Shown piece after piece: positions 1 to 10,507 of a DNA stretch of 64,000 nt (within the stretch, counting starts at the first letter, position 1; the number at the start of each line of letters is the position of its first letter). The translations under genes and the position numbers were made by a program. The notes under the pieces were generated by a model. The model had not been told where the DNA came from, made no database searches, and saw nothing but the letters and a program-made list of their open reading frames with translations. This DNA comes from Candidatus Omnitrophota bacterium (GTDB lineage: Bacteria; Omnitrophota; Gorgyraeia; B26-G9). The stretch lies in NCBI GenBank assembly GCA_043814605.1, contig JBDRJV010000010.1, positions 1,340 through 65,339 of the forward strand. Direction: 5' to 3'.

Positions 1-2
1 AG

Positions 3-107
3 GCGGATAAAGATACTCAGTTAGGTTCAGTCGTGCGGGTTTGGGATATTTGCCGCAAAGTAGGGATATCTCAAATTAATATTGCTACTTTGCAGGAAGT
101 AAAATAA
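3..107 (+). CDS. exbD: ExbD/TolR family biopolymer transport protein, C-terminal part (5'-truncated by window)
   Basis: Manual translation ADKDTQLGSVVRVWDICRKVGISQINIAT matches the ExbD C-terminal pattern; immediately upstream of a TonB-like gene. Confidence 0.75.
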   Translation, partial: ADKDTQLGSVVRVWDICRKVGISQINIATLQEVK

Positions 108-113
108 ACTAAA

Positions 114-770
114 ATGGAGGGAAAGAATATTTTTGGGATTGCTTTATCTTGTTCTGTCCTCTGGCATCTTTTAAGTGTACAGGCAGTTAATATTGTTTGG
201 CCGGATAAACTTATTTCTCATAACTTTACGGCAATTAACTTTTTAGGTGAAATTTTAGAAAAGTCAGAATATACACAGGCAGATTTAAATAAATTAAATT
301 CTTTGCAAAAAAATGTTAAAACAGAAGAAAAATTAATACCTAACGCCAAGCCAGAAGAGATATTATTTAATACAGAACGCAGACAATTAAAAAAAGAGTC
401 GTTGCCTTTATCCGAACTTTCCCAAAAAAGCGTGCCAGAAATTGTTTTTGACATTACTGATAATAAGCAGTTTTTAGTACTGGAAAAAATAGATGATAAG
501 AACAAAAGAAGTGTTTTGTTTAAACCGGAATTGCCGGAATACCCGGATTGGGCAAAAGAATGGGGTCATTACTTTGAGGTTGAATTAAAATTTTTGATTT
601 TACCCGATGGAACTGTGGCAAATGTGGAAAAAAATACATCTAGCGGGTATCCGGAGTTAGATGAAATTGGAGTTAGATATATAAGAAAATGGAAATTTGT
701 ACCGCTTTTGATCGATCAGACTCAAGCCGAACAATGGGGAACAATTAAATTGGTTTTTAAACTCCAATGA
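114..770 (+). CDS. TonB family energy transducer
   Basis: N-terminal TM anchor; C-terminal P.YP...V.L.F.I..DG.V...V..SSGY.ELD......RKWKF.P TonB_C motif. Confidence 0.85.
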   Translation: MEGKNIFGIALSCSVLWHLLSVQAVNIVWPDKLISHNFTAINFLGEILEKSEYTQADLNKLNSLQKNVKTEEKLIPNAKPEEILFNTERRQLKKESLPLSELSQKSVPEIVFDITDNKQFLVLEKIDDKNKRSVLFKPELPEYPDWAKEWGHYFEVELKFLILPDGTVANVEKNTSSGYPELDEIGVRYIRKWKFVPLLIDQTQAEQWGTIKLVFKLQ

Positions 771-1009
771 TTAATTTAGAAATTGCACAGGCAATTGCTT
801 TTTATTTATTATTCTTTATCGTATTTTTTCTCGGGGGGTATTCTTTTTTTTATCTTAAGAGAACGCAGGATAAATTACATTGTAAAGAATACAAATTATG
901 GAAATGTTCTATTTGTACTTTTGTTTATTCGAGTGTTTTTGCCAGTAAAATGACCGTTTGTCCGCGTTGCGGCAGTTATAATAAAAAAGAAGAAGACGAA
1001 ACAGCTTAA
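767..1009 (+). CDS. Small membrane protein with zinc ribbon
   Basis: One TM helix, then CxxC-13-CxxC (CSIC, CPRC); overlaps the tonB stop by 4 nt. Confidence 0.7.
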   Translation: MINLEIAQAIAFYLLFFIVFFLGGYSFFYLKRTQDKLHCKEYKLWKCSICTFVYSSVFASKMTVCPRCGSYNKKEEDETA

Positions 1010-1085
1010 GCGTGATCAGGTTTTAATGAATTTAGACGGGCTAAACAAGATCAATGTAAGATAAAATTAGTAAGGCAATATTTAT

Positions 1086-1409
1086 ATGATAAAAGCAAAT
1101 ACAGAGGTTGTTATCTTGATAACGGCTAGTTCTGCGGATGAGGCAAACATGTTAGCTGAAAAGCTGGTTGAGTTAAAATTAGCGGCTTGTGTGAATACAA
1201 CAAAAGTAAATTCTTTATTCCATTGGCAGGGGAAAATTGATAAAGCCGAGGAAACTCTTTTAATTGTAAAATCAAAATCAGAATTACTAGAAGAACTAGA
1301 AACAATTGTAAAAAAATATCACAGTTACGAGGTTCCGGAAATTATTGCTTTGCCGATTGTGGCGGCCAGTAATAACTATCTTAAGTGGATAAATAATTCT
1401 GTTAAATAA
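1086..1409 (+). CDS. cutA: Divalent-cation tolerance protein CutA
   Basis: LAACVN, S.FHWQGKI, HSYEVPEII motifs. Confidence 0.95.
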   Translation: MIKANTEVVILITASSADEANMLAEKLVELKLAACVNTTKVNSLFHWQGKIDKAEETLLIVKSKSELLEELETIVKKYHSYEVPEIIALPIVAASNNYLKWINNSVK

Positions 1410-1437
1410 GAATAATGAAAGTAAACATGCGTATTTT

Positions 1438-1472
1438 TAAAATGGGGCACGAATTTTTGTGCCCCATTTAAA
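1438..1472. terminator. Hairpin, probable intrinsic terminator after cutA
   Basis: aatggggcac-gaatttt-tgtgccccattt inverted repeat. Confidence 0.6.
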
Positions 1473-1508
1473 TTTAAATCACTTTTAGTTTATGTTATAA
1501 TACATACT

Positions 1509-2108
1509 ATGAAAAAAGGATTTACACTCCTAGAATTGTTGATTGGTATTGCAATTTTTGCAATTATTGCTGCTTGTGTATATTCAAGTTTATATTTAGG
1601 ACTTAAGGTTTTTAAGCAAGAAGAAAGCCGGGATGAACTTATGCAGCAAGCAATGCTGACCTTAGATAAATTAGCTAAAGATTTGCGTTGTGCATTTATC
1701 AACCCCAATAATGAACAAATAAAATTTATTGGTACAGATGCTAAAATTGACTTTTTTATTGTAAGTCCGGAATTAGATATTGAAAATACAGTTTTTTATT
1801 TAGAAGAAAATGAGGATTCAGATGTATTTTCATTGTTAATGTCAAAAACTAAGGTCCGGTATTTCGAGGGGGATGCAGAGGGAAAAAGTAAAATTAGTGT
1901 TATTAATAGAAGTATTAAAGAATTTAAATTAGCTTACTATGATCATGAAACTAAAGAGTGGTATGAGAACTGGCCTAGAGAACTGGAATTACCTAAATTA
2001 ATAAAAATTAAAATCAGTTTTGCCCAGAACTCAAATCAAGAAAATTTTTTAGATTTAGTTAAATATGTAGCTGTGCCAATTGCTCAAACTTTAGAATTTA
2101 CACGATAA
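1509..2108 (+). CDS. Type II secretion pseudopilin, GspJ-like
   Basis: Prepilin N-methylation motif KGFTLLELLI; C-terminal W...W....LP..I.I.I typical of GspJ. Confidence 0.85.
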   Translation: MKKGFTLLELLIGIAIFAIIAACVYSSLYLGLKVFKQEESRDELMQQAMLTLDKLAKDLRCAFINPNNEQIKFIGTDAKIDFFIVSPELDIENTVFYLEENEDSDVFSLLMSKTKVRYFEGDAEGKSKISVINRSIKEFKLAYYDHETKEWYENWPRELELPKLIKIKISFAQNSNQENFLDLVKYVAVPIAQTLEFTR

Positions 2109-2169
2109 AATAGTTTTATGCATCTAAAAAAAAATAATTAGGTTTTGTTAAATTTTAAGAGGATTTATT

Positions 2170-3024
2170 TTGAACAGTTTTACAGATTATAATAGTAATA
2201 GCTCAAAAAAAGGGATAATTCTCGCTTTAGTATTATGGATATTATTTTTTCTTTCAGTTACGGTTCTGACTTTAAGTTTTCGCAATAGACTTAGTATTAA
2301 ACTGCGTAGTTTATATAATCAACAAATGCAAATGCATTATTTGGCTAAAGAAGGAATTAATCGGGCAATTATAAAACTAGCTCAGGATGATAATAATTTT
2401 GATTCCCGCAGCGAAGTTTGGGCCGAAGATTTTACTTTACAAAAAGAGCAAGGATTGTTATTGTGCAAAGTAGTAGATGAAGATAGATTTATAAATATTA
2501 ATACAGCCACTGAGGAAATGCTGGAAAATATACAGCTTATATTTCCTCAAATTAGTTTGCAGAACATTGAAAAACTTATTAAAAACCGCCCTTTTAATAT
2601 AAACGGGGAAATTAAAGCAATTATTAATCAAGATAAGGAAGATTTTAATTTAATTCAACCTCAAACAACAAGTATTGAGGATTTGGTAACAACTTTTTCT
2701 GATGGAAGGATAAATATTAATACAGCACCCCGGGAAGTGTTATTGATGATTCCTGGAATCAAAGAAATTACGGTGGATACAATTATTAATCATAGAGATA
2801 TTGAGGCTTTTATCGCTAATGAAACTCTTTCAGAAGATCTCTCTTTGCTGGGATTAAGTGCAGCTCAGGTGAGCGCATTAATTAAATACGTAAAGGTTGA
2901 TTCTGCGGTTTTCCGTATTGCCGCACAGGCTGTTTCAAAGACAAAGAATATTTCAAAGAATATAAATTTAGTATTACAACGTAAAGACCATAAGTTTAAA
3001 ATGTTGATGTTTCAGGAGAATTAA
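2170..3024 (+). CDS. gspK: Type II secretion minor pseudopilin GspK-like
   Basis: KGIILALVLW N-terminus; DED.FININTA and RININTAP.EVL..IPGI repeats. Confidence 0.85.
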   Translation: MNSFTDYNSNSSKKGIILALVLWILFFLSVTVLTLSFRNRLSIKLRSLYNQQMQMHYLAKEGINRAIIKLAQDDNNFDSRSEVWAEDFTLQKEQGLLLCKVVDEDRFININTATEEMLENIQLIFPQISLQNIEKLIKNRPFNINGEIKAIINQDKEDFNLIQPQTTSIEDLVTTFSDGRININTAPREVLLMIPGIKEITVDTIINHRDIEAFIANETLSEDLSLLGLSAAQVSALIKYVKVDSAVFRIAAQAVSKTKNISKNINLVLQRKDHKFKMLMFQEN

Positions 3025-3026
3025 CA

Positions 3027-4376
3027 TTGTTAAAAACAATCAGTTATATTACTAAACAAAACTTTAAAATAGTACTTTTTAATATTACCACTGATTCTCT
3101 GCAGGTGGTTAAAGAAAAAAGTTTTGCTTTAAAAAACGGGATGATTGATTTTATTCCCATCATTGATTTTCTTAAAAAAGAAGGATTGCTGAATGTGCAC
3201 ATTGTTAGTTGCCTTTTCCGCTATCAAGTGGGGGCCCGGTTTTTTTCTTTTCCTTCCCCGGATGAAAAAGAAATTGCGAAAATGGTTAATTTTGAATCGG
3301 CTGAGCTCCTGCCGCTTAAGCCTGAGGAAATCGTGATGCGCTATAGCGTGCTTAATAAAAACAATAGCGGTTATTCCGATACTTTTGTTGTCGTTGTGCC
3401 AAAAGAAGAGGTGCGCCAATTTGTCGAAAAATTTCAAAAAACACAATTAGATATTGATATTTTAAGTTTAAGCAGTTTGGCAATTTTTAATTGTGTAAAA
3501 AAAGTAGCGGAAAGCAAAAATGGAATCGGTTTAAAAAACAATACGATGGTTGTTTATTTTGAGGATAATATTATAGAGGTTATTATTATAAAAAATAAGA
3601 AATTAGAATTCAGCCGCGGCTTCCTTGTTAACGATAATAAAAATTTTTTTCAAGTTTTAATCAGTGAAATTAGACACAGCATTGAATTATTTTTTAGTAA
3701 CCTGGAATTAAAAAAATTGGAAAAAATTATTGTTTGCGGGGTAAATATTGATTTAAAAAAGATTGCGGATACATTAGCAGCTATTTTTGAGATCCCGGTA
3801 TCGGTCAATCAAAAAATTAATATTGCTTACGGATTAGCTTTAGATGATGAAAATCGAATTAATTTATTAAGTGATGAAATTATAGCGAAAAAAATTAAAG
3901 AAAAATTAAAGAAAAAATTAATAATTTGCGGACTTATTTTACTGGTCAATATGATTTTAGCAGCCGCTGTGTTTTTTGTTTCATTAAATAATAAAAAGGC
4001 ATATATGGCCAAAATGGATGAAGAAATTCTAAAATTAAGGCCGCAAGCGCAGGAGATACAGAATAAAATTCAAAAATTAGAAATGGTAGAAATGCAGCTG
4101 AGTTCTCAGGCCTTAATCCTTAATGCTATTACCGATCTGGCTAATGTAACTTCGAGTGCTTGTACTTTAAACATGCTTTCGATTAATGAACAGGGGCAGC
4201 TTCTGGTGCGCGGACAAACAAAAAATTTGCAGGATGTTTTAGATTTTGTCAGTGCAATAGAAAAATCTGCGCATTTTAAAAATAGTCATCTTAATTATTC
4301 CAGCCGAAGAAAAATTAAAAATCAAGAGGTTATTGATTTTGAGATTCAAGCTGATCTAGATGAAAACCCGAATTAA
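3027..4376 (+). CDS. PilM-PilN / GspL-like fused assembly protein
   Basis: Actin-like PilM-type N-terminal part (ending AYGLAL), INLL motif, TM helix, coiled coil and PilN-like C-terminal domain. Confidence 0.75.
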   Translation: MLKTISYITKQNFKIVLFNITTDSLQVVKEKSFALKNGMIDFIPIIDFLKKEGLLNVHIVSCLFRYQVGARFFSFPSPDEKEIAKMVNFESAELLPLKPEEIVMRYSVLNKNNSGYSDTFVVVVPKEEVRQFVEKFQKTQLDIDILSLSSLAIFNCVKKVAESKNGIGLKNNTMVVYFEDNIIEVIIIKNKKLEFSRGFLVNDNKNFFQVLISEIRHSIELFFSNLELKKLEKIIVCGVNIDLKKIADTLAAIFEIPVSVNQKINIAYGLALDDENRINLLSDEIIAKKIKEKLKKKLIICGLILLVNMILAAAVFFVSLNNKKAYMAKMDEEILKLRPQAQEIQNKIQKLEMVEMQLSSQALILNAITDLANVTSSACTLNMLSINEQGQLLVRGQTKNLQDVLDFVSAIEKSAHFKNSHLNYSSRRKIKNQEVIDFEIQADLDENPN

Positions 4377-4381
4377 ACCGC

Positions 4382-4933
4382 ATGCAGATCATTACAGGTT
4401 TTTTAAAAAGCCGCACAATAAAAATCCCTAAATCAAAACTTATCCGGCCTACTTCAGGTAAAGTTAGAAAAGCGATATTTGATATTTTAGGTGATTTTAT
4501 TATCAAAAAAAATGTATTGGATTTATTTAGCGGCAGTGGAGCGTTAGGGCTTGAAGCATTAAGCAGCGGGGCTGAAAGTGTGACTTTTGTGGAAAAAAAT
4601 CAGTTTTTTGTGAAAGTGATTAAAGAAAATGCCAAAAATTTAGTTTTAGGCAAAAATACGCAGGTTTTTGGATGTGATGTATTTGAGGCACTTAATATAT
4701 TAGCAAGAAAAAAAATAAGTTTTGAAATAATTTTTATCGACCCGCCTTACTATCGAGATTTGGCAAAAAAATGCTTGCTCGAAATCAGCAAGTATGATAT
4801 AGTACATCCACTTGGAATCGTAGTGGCAGAACACCATAAAAAAGATGAATTGCCGGAAAACTGTAATTCGCTAACACGTTGGAAATACAAAAAATATGGA
4901 GATACTTTTGTCTCTTTTTATTCCTACTCATAG
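4382..4933 (+). CDS. rsmD: 16S rRNA m2G966 methyltransferase
   Basis: IRPT, LDLFSGSGALGLEALS, FIDPPY motifs. Confidence 0.95.
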   Translation: MQIITGFLKSRTIKIPKSKLIRPTSGKVRKAIFDILGDFIIKKNVLDLFSGSGALGLEALSSGAESVTFVEKNQFFVKVIKENAKNLVLGKNTQVFGCDVFEALNILARKKISFEIIFIDPPYYRDLAKKCLLEISKYDIVHPLGIVVAEHHKKDELPENCNSLTRWKYKKYGDTFVSFYSYS

Positions 4934-5059
4934 CCACAGAAAATATATTTAAGCTGAATTTATCTAATTTTATGAAGAATTGAATTTTTCTTGAGGGCAG
5001 GTATTTAAAAGTAATTATTTAATAATATTATTCAGCTTAAAATCAGGGAGGGTTTTTTT

Positions 5060-5545
5060 TTGAAAAAACGTGCAGTTTACCCGGGAACTTTTGATCCCGT
5101 AACATACGGGCATATTGATTTAATTAAAAGAGCGGTTAAAATTTTTGATGAAGTTATCGTCTCAGTTGTGGATAATACGGCTAAAAATACTTTATTTAGC
5201 ACAAAAGAACGCATGGAGATGATAAAAAAAACAACCCAAGGGTTTTCAAAAGTCAAAGTAGAAAGCTTTAATCAATTAATGGTTGATTATGTTCATGAGA
5301 AAAAGATTAATGTGGTTATTCGTGGATTAAGAATGATTTCTGATTTTGAATATGAATTTCAGATGGCTTTGACTAATCGAAAAATTAATAAGAATATCGA
5401 AGTAATATTTATGATGCCTAATGAATCATATTCTTTTGTTTCCAGTAAACTAATAAAAGAAGTAGCGGCTTTAGGCGCAGATCTTTCCGCGTTTGTTCCT
5501 AAATTTGTTGAAAAAAAATTAAAGAAAATATTAAATAATTCTTAA
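5060..5545 (+). CDS. coaD: Pantetheine-phosphate adenylyltransferase
   Basis: YPGTFDPVTYGH, RGLR..SDFEYE motifs. Confidence 0.97.
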   Translation: MKKRAVYPGTFDPVTYGHIDLIKRAVKIFDEVIVSVVDNTAKNTLFSTKERMEMIKKTTQGFSKVKVESFNQLMVDYVHEKKINVVIRGLRMISDFEYEFQMALTNRKINKNIEVIFMMPNESYSFVSSKLIKEVAALGADLSAFVPKFVEKKLKKILNNS

Positions 5546-5569
5546 AGTAAATATTTTATCGGGGGAGTA

Positions 5570-6565
5570 ATGAAAATTTTAAAAAGTATTAAAGCTAGAG
5601 CAAAACAATTGCAAAAAACGATAATTTTACCGGAAGCTAAGGAAAAAAGAATTTTACAGGCGGCGAAGATTATTATTGAGGAGCAGTTAGCCAAGATTAT
5701 TTTGTTAGGGGATAAAAATAATATTGCTGATTTATCCGAAAAAGTGGGATTAGATATTTCCCGGGTAAAAATAATTGAACCGTTAAAAACAGAAGAATTT
5801 GAAAAATTTTCACAGGAGTTTTATGAGTTAAGAAAAGCAAAAGGAATTAGCCTGGAAGATGCCCGAGCAACAATGGGAAATTTTGTTTATTATGCAGCAA
5901 TGATGATTCGTCATGGTTTAGCGGATGGTTTTGTTGCCGGAGCGATTACCACAACTGCAGATGTAGCCAAAGCCGCTATTTATTGTATTGGTTTTGGAGA
6001 AAAAGTGCGTACAATTTCTAGTTCTTTCCTGATTAGTGTTCCGGATTGTACTTATGGTCAAGAAGGGGTTTTTATTTTTGCGGATTGTGGAATTTTGCCG
6101 GATCCATCCGCAATGCAAATGGCAAATATCGCAATGTCGGCAGCGGAACTTTTTAAATTATTAGTTGAAAGTGAACCTCGAGTCGGACTTTTGAGTTTTT
6201 CTACAAAAGGCAGTGCAGAACATGTAATGGTGGAAAAAGTAGTTAAAGCTAAGGAATTAATTAATAATAAGTATCCGGAATTAATTGTGGATGGAGAACT
6301 GCAATTAGATGCGGCTATTGTTCCGGAAATTGCAAAAATTAAAGCTCCGGATAGCCCGGTAGCTGGTTCGGCCAATGTACTGATTTTTCCAGATTTGAAT
6401 GCGGGCAATATTGGGTATAAATTGGTACAGCGGTTAGCAAAAGCTGAGGTTATCGGGCCAATGATGGCTGGTCTTAAGAAACCTTGTTGTGATTTATCCC
6501 GGGGTTGTACTATTGATGAAATTGTTTACGGGGTTTGTACAACAGCGATTAGAGTGCTTGCTTAA
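5570..6565 (+). CDS. pta: Phosphate acetyltransferase
   Basis: FADC, LSFSTKGS, DGELQ.DAA, FPDL.AGNIGYK, DLSRG motifs. Confidence 0.95.
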   Translation: MKILKSIKARAKQLQKTIILPEAKEKRILQAAKIIIEEQLAKIILLGDKNNIADLSEKVGLDISRVKIIEPLKTEEFEKFSQEFYELRKAKGISLEDARATMGNFVYYAAMMIRHGLADGFVAGAITTTADVAKAAIYCIGFGEKVRTISSSFLISVPDCTYGQEGVFIFADCGILPDPSAMQMANIAMSAAELFKLLVESEPRVGLLSFSTKGSAEHVMVEKVVKAKELINNKYPELIVDGELQLDAAIVPEIAKIKAPDSPVAGSANVLIFPDLNAGNIGYKLVQRLAKAEVIGPMMAGLKKPCCDLSRGCTIDEIVYGVCTTAIRVLA

Positions 6566-6589
6566 ATAAGCATAAAGAATAATAGGCAT

Positions 6590-7735
6590 ATGAATATTTT
6601 AGTTATAAATTGCGGTAGTTCCTCGATTAAATATCAGCTTTTTTGCATGGAAAAATCTGTTAGTTTAGCTTGCGGTATAGCTGAAAAAATAGGCTGTAAA
6701 GATTCCTATCTTGTTTATGAAAAAGCTGGTAAAAAAATCAAATTTAAAATTGATTTACCAGACTATTTTAAAGCAATTGAAAAAATTGCACACTTATTAA
6801 CTGATCCTACCCAGGGGGTATTAAAAAATAAAAATTCAGTCCATGCGGTTGGGCATCGTGTTGTTCACGGAGGAGAAGAGTTTAAATCTTCCGTGATAAT
6901 TAATAAAAAAGTTTTAAAAAAAATAAAATTTTATTCTAAACTTGCGCCTTTACATAACCCCCCGGCTTATAATGGTATTAAAGCAACAATAAAAATTTTT
7001 CCGCAGATTAGACAAGTGGCGGTGTTTGATACCGCTTTTCATCAGACAATGCCCGAGCACGCATTTATCTACGGACTGCCGTTAAATTTGTATAAAAAAT
7101 ATTGCATTCGTCGTTACGGATTTCATGGAACAAGTCATCGTTATGTTGCTTGTGCTGCCGCAAAATTGTTAAAAAAACCTTTAAGTAAATTAAAATTAAT
7201 TACTTGCCATTTAGGTAATGGCTGCAGTATCACAGCGGTAAAAAATGGGTTTTCTGTTGATACCAGTATGGGATTTACGCCTTTGGAAGGATTAGTTATG
7301 GGAACACGTTGCGGAGATATTGATCCGGCATTAGTTTGTTATATTATGGAGAAAGAAAAGTTGGGAATTGACGAAGTTAATGAGTTGATGAATAATAAAA
7401 GCGGACTGATCGGATTATCCGGTATTAGTAATGATATGCGTGATTTACTCTTTGCCGCTAAGGGAGGGAATAAAAGAGCAAAGTTAGCAATTGATATTTT
7501 TATTTATAAAGTAAAGAAATATATTGGTGCTTATATTGCCGCAATGAATGGGGCGGATGCGGTCATTTTAACGGCAGGGATAGGTGAAAACGTTTTAATA
7601 ATTGAAAAACGGTTAAGAAAAGAATTGAGTAATATTTTTAAAAATAAGGTTAAACTATTGAGAATTCATACACAGGAAGAAAAATTGATTGCTATGGATA
7701 CTTTTGATATTATCAATAAGTTAAAGAAAAAATGA
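6590..7735 (+). CDS. ackA: Acetate kinase
   Basis: INCGSSSIK, GHRVVHGG, FDTAFH, YGFHGTSH, TSMGFTPLEG motifs. Confidence 0.97.
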   Translation: MNILVINCGSSSIKYQLFCMEKSVSLACGIAEKIGCKDSYLVYEKAGKKIKFKIDLPDYFKAIEKIAHLLTDPTQGVLKNKNSVHAVGHRVVHGGEEFKSSVIINKKVLKKIKFYSKLAPLHNPPAYNGIKATIKIFPQIRQVAVFDTAFHQTMPEHAFIYGLPLNLYKKYCIRRYGFHGTSHRYVACAAAKLLKKPLSKLKLITCHLGNGCSITAVKNGFSVDTSMGFTPLEGLVMGTRCGDIDPALVCYIMEKEKLGIDEVNELMNNKSGLIGLSGISNDMRDLLFAAKGGNKRAKLAIDIFIYKVKKYIGAYIAAMNGADAVILTAGIGENVLIIEKRLRKELSNIFKNKVKLLRIHTQEEKLIAMDTFDIINKLKKK

Positions 7736-8175
7736 AGATAAATTTAAATGAAATTCCTAAGGATGGGATAGTATTAAAAGAAACGAAGGCTGCCCCGGAT
7801 TTGGATATTGAGCGAGATGATTTTGAATTTTACGGTCCGGTTACAATTATTTCTGATATTAATCGAGACCATGATAATGTACAGATTTTGATTAATATTG
7901 AAGGAGAAATAAGGTTTACTTGTGCGCGTTGTTTAAGTCCGTTACGGCAGATAATAAAAAGGGAAGTAAAAATATTTAAAACTCTAAAAGAAGAAAGATC
8001 TGTTGATTTGACTCAAATTGCCAGAGAAGAAATTATATTAGGGTATCCTTTAAAATTATTGTGTAATGATAAATGTAAAGGCTTGTGTCCAATTTGCGGG
8101 ATTAATTTGAATAAAAGCCAGTGTGATTGTAAACCTCAGGAGATGTCTTCCGGAGGGATAAATATTGATATTTAA
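7732..8175 (+). CDS. yceD: DUF177/YceD 23S rRNA accumulation protein
   Basis: CARCL and LC...CKGLCP.CG.NLN...C.C motifs; upstream of rpmF. Confidence 0.9.
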   Translation: MKINLNEIPKDGIVLKETKAAPDLDIERDDFEFYGPVTIISDINRDHDNVQILINIEGEIRFTCARCLSPLRQIIKREVKIFKTLKEERSVDLTQIAREEIILGYPLKLLCNDKCKGLCPICGINLNKSQCDCKPQEMSSGGINIDI

Positions 8176-8258
8176 GTAGCAGTTGAGATATATTAAAAAT
8201 TTTATTTTTTGTTTTATAATTTTAAAGATTTAATTTAAGAGTAACTAAGGAGGAAACA

Positions 8259-8453
8259 ATGGCTCATCCAAAAAGAAAACATTCTAAAACAAGACGCGAT
8301 AAGAAAAGAACTCACCAGAAATTAGAAACACCGACAGCATCTATTTGCCCGAGCTGCAAACAACCCAAGCAGCCCCATCGTGTTTGCCCGCATTGCGGTG
8401 AATATAAAGGGAAAAAATATATTGTAAAGAAAGAGAAAAAACCGAAAAAATAA
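8259..8453 (+). CDS. rpmF: 50S ribosomal protein L32
   Basis: MAHPKRKHSKTRRDKKR, CxxC...PHRVCxxCG. Confidence 0.97.
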   Translation: MAHPKRKHSKTRRDKKRTHQKLETPTASICPSCKQPKQPHRVCPHCGEYKGKKYIVKKEKKPKK

Positions 8454-8503
8454 ATTGCGAAACTTATAATTTACAAATAATTTTTTAAAAAAGGAAGTAT
8501 TGC

Positions 8504-9502
8504 ATGAAAATAGCAGTAGATGCAATGGGTGGAGATAATGCTCCGGATGTTGTAATTAAGGGAGCCATTGAAGCAGCTAAAGAAATAGATGCTGAAATAA
8601 TTTTGGTAGGCGAAAAGAATATTTTAGAATCAAAATTATCTTCTTATAATAATATCCCCTCAAATATTAGTCTGGCACAGGCAGCGGAAGTGATTGAGAT
8701 GAAAGAACCACCGGCAATAAGTGTCCGCCGAAAAAAAGATTCATCGATTAATGTTGCGGTTAATATGGTTAAAGATAAAAAAGCAGATGCTGTTGTTTCT
8801 GCAGGAAATACAGGAGCTGTTGTTTGTGCGGCAAGTCTATTTTTAAAAATTCTTCCGGGTATCGACAGGCCGGGGATTAGCGTGCTTTTACCGACACTAA
8901 AAGATGTTGTGCAGGTAATTGATATGGGGGCGAATATTGATGCTAAACCCGAACATCTTTTACAATATGGAATTATGGGAAGTATATATAGTAATTTTGT
9001 TCTGAATAAAGATAACCCTACAGTAGGGTTATTAAATATTGGGGAAGAAGAAACAAAGGGGCCTGAATTCGTCAAGGAAACTTTTAAATTACTGGAACAA
9101 AACAAAAATATTAATTTTATTGGTAATGTTGAAGGCCGAGACATTTATATGGGTAATTGTGATGTTATTGTTTGTGACGGGTTTTTAGGAAATGTTGTCT
9201 TAAAAGTATCTGAAGGATTAGCAGATGCAATAAAAGAAATGCTGAAAAGAAATCTTTCTTCTAATTTTATGGTAAGGCTAGGGGCGTTTTTAAGTGCGCC
9301 GGCTTTTAAAACATTAAAAAAAGAAATTGATTATTCTGAATATGGAGGAGCGCCGCTTTTAGGTGTGGATGGAGTTTGTATTATTGCGCATGGCGGCTCG
9401 AGTGCGAATGCTATAAAAAATGCGATTCGTGTTGCTCAAGAATCCCTGTTACAGAAAGTTAACCAGCATATTGTGGAAATAATTTCGGGCAATAAGGACT
9501 GA
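8504..9502 (+). CDS. plsX: Phosphate acyltransferase PlsX
   Basis: IAVDAMGGD.AP, SAGNTGA, GGAPLLGV motifs. Confidence 0.97.
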   Translation: MKIAVDAMGGDNAPDVVIKGAIEAAKEIDAEIILVGEKNILESKLSSYNNIPSNISLAQAAEVIEMKEPPAISVRRKKDSSINVAVNMVKDKKADAVVSAGNTGAVVCAASLFLKILPGIDRPGISVLLPTLKDVVQVIDMGANIDAKPEHLLQYGIMGSIYSNFVLNKDNPTVGLLNIGEEETKGPEFVKETFKLLEQNKNINFIGNVEGRDIYMGNCDVIVCDGFLGNVVLKVSEGLADAIKEMLKRNLSSNFMVRLGAFLSAPAFKTLKKEIDYSEYGGAPLLGVDGVCIIAHGGSSANAIKNAIRVAQESLLQKVNQHIVEIISGNKD

Positions 9503-9552
9503 CCTTATATTAATAAGTTAATTTAAGAGAAGTTAAGCAGAAAGCTTATAAT

Positions 9553-10506
9553 ATGGATTATGAAAAAATTGCTTTTATATTTCCCGGCCAGGGAGCTCAA
9601 TATGTAGGGATGGGTAAGGATTTATATCAGAAATTTGAATCGGCCAAGACAATTTTTGAAAAATCTAACGAATGTTTAGGCTTTGACTTAAAATCTATTT
9701 GTTTTGAAGGCCCACAAGAAGAACTAACACAAAGTGCAATTTGTCAGCCGGCAATTCTTACGCTAAGTATTGCCGTGCTTGAGGTTTTAAAAGATAAGGA
9801 GGAATTTCAAGCTTTGATTCCTTATGCCTGTGCGGGTTTAAGTTTGGGTGAATATGCGGCATTAGTTGCTTGTGAAAGTTTAAAATTTGAGGATGCAGTT
9901 AGGTTAGTACATAAAAGAGGGCAATTTATGGATACAGCTTCAAAGGAAAATCCCGGAACAATGTCTTGTATCCTCGGATTGGATATTACTAAGACAAAGG
10001 AAATTTGTCAGAAAACTAAAGCAGAAATAGCTAATTTAAATTGCCCGGGTCAAATTGTACTCTCAGGTTCAGTGCAGGCGATTGCTCAAGCAAATACATT
10101 AGCGAATGAGCAAGGGGCAAAACGGGTTATTCCGCTTGATGTTAGCGGTCCTTTTCATTCCAGCCTGATGTCTTCTGCCGCAGCTAGTTTGAAAAAAGAG
10201 TTAGATAATGTAGAAATATCAAAGCCAAAAGTTATGTTTATACCTAATGTTACCGCACAGGAGACTGATGGTCCGGAACAAATCAGGCAATTACTAACCC
10301 AGCAGGTTGCGAGTACAACATACTGGGAAAAAAGTATTGGTAATTTAAGAAATCATAACATTAATACCTATCTGGAACTTGGTCCAGGAAAGGTGCTGAA
10401 AGGTCTTTTACAGCGAATTGACCGCAGCCTTGAAGTAATTAATCTGCAAAAAACTGCGGATTTTGATATTTTATTAGAAAAAATAATGGAGATACAGGGG
10501 GAATAA
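9553..10506 (+). CDS. fabD: Malonyl-CoA:ACP transacylase
   Basis: FPGQGAQ, GLSLGEY, VSGPFHS motifs. Confidence 0.96.
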   Translation: MDYEKIAFIFPGQGAQYVGMGKDLYQKFESAKTIFEKSNECLGFDLKSICFEGPQEELTQSAICQPAILTLSIAVLEVLKDKEEFQALIPYACAGLSLGEYAALVACESLKFEDAVRLVHKRGQFMDTASKENPGTMSCILGLDITKTKEICQKTKAEIANLNCPGQIVLSGSVQAIAQANTLANEQGAKRVIPLDVSGPFHSSLMSSAAASLKKELDNVEISKPKVMFIPNVTAQETDGPEQIRQLLTQQVASTTYWEKSIGNLRNHNINTYLELGPGKVLKGLLQRIDRSLEVINLQKTADFDILLEKIMEIQGE

Positions 10507-10507
10507 T

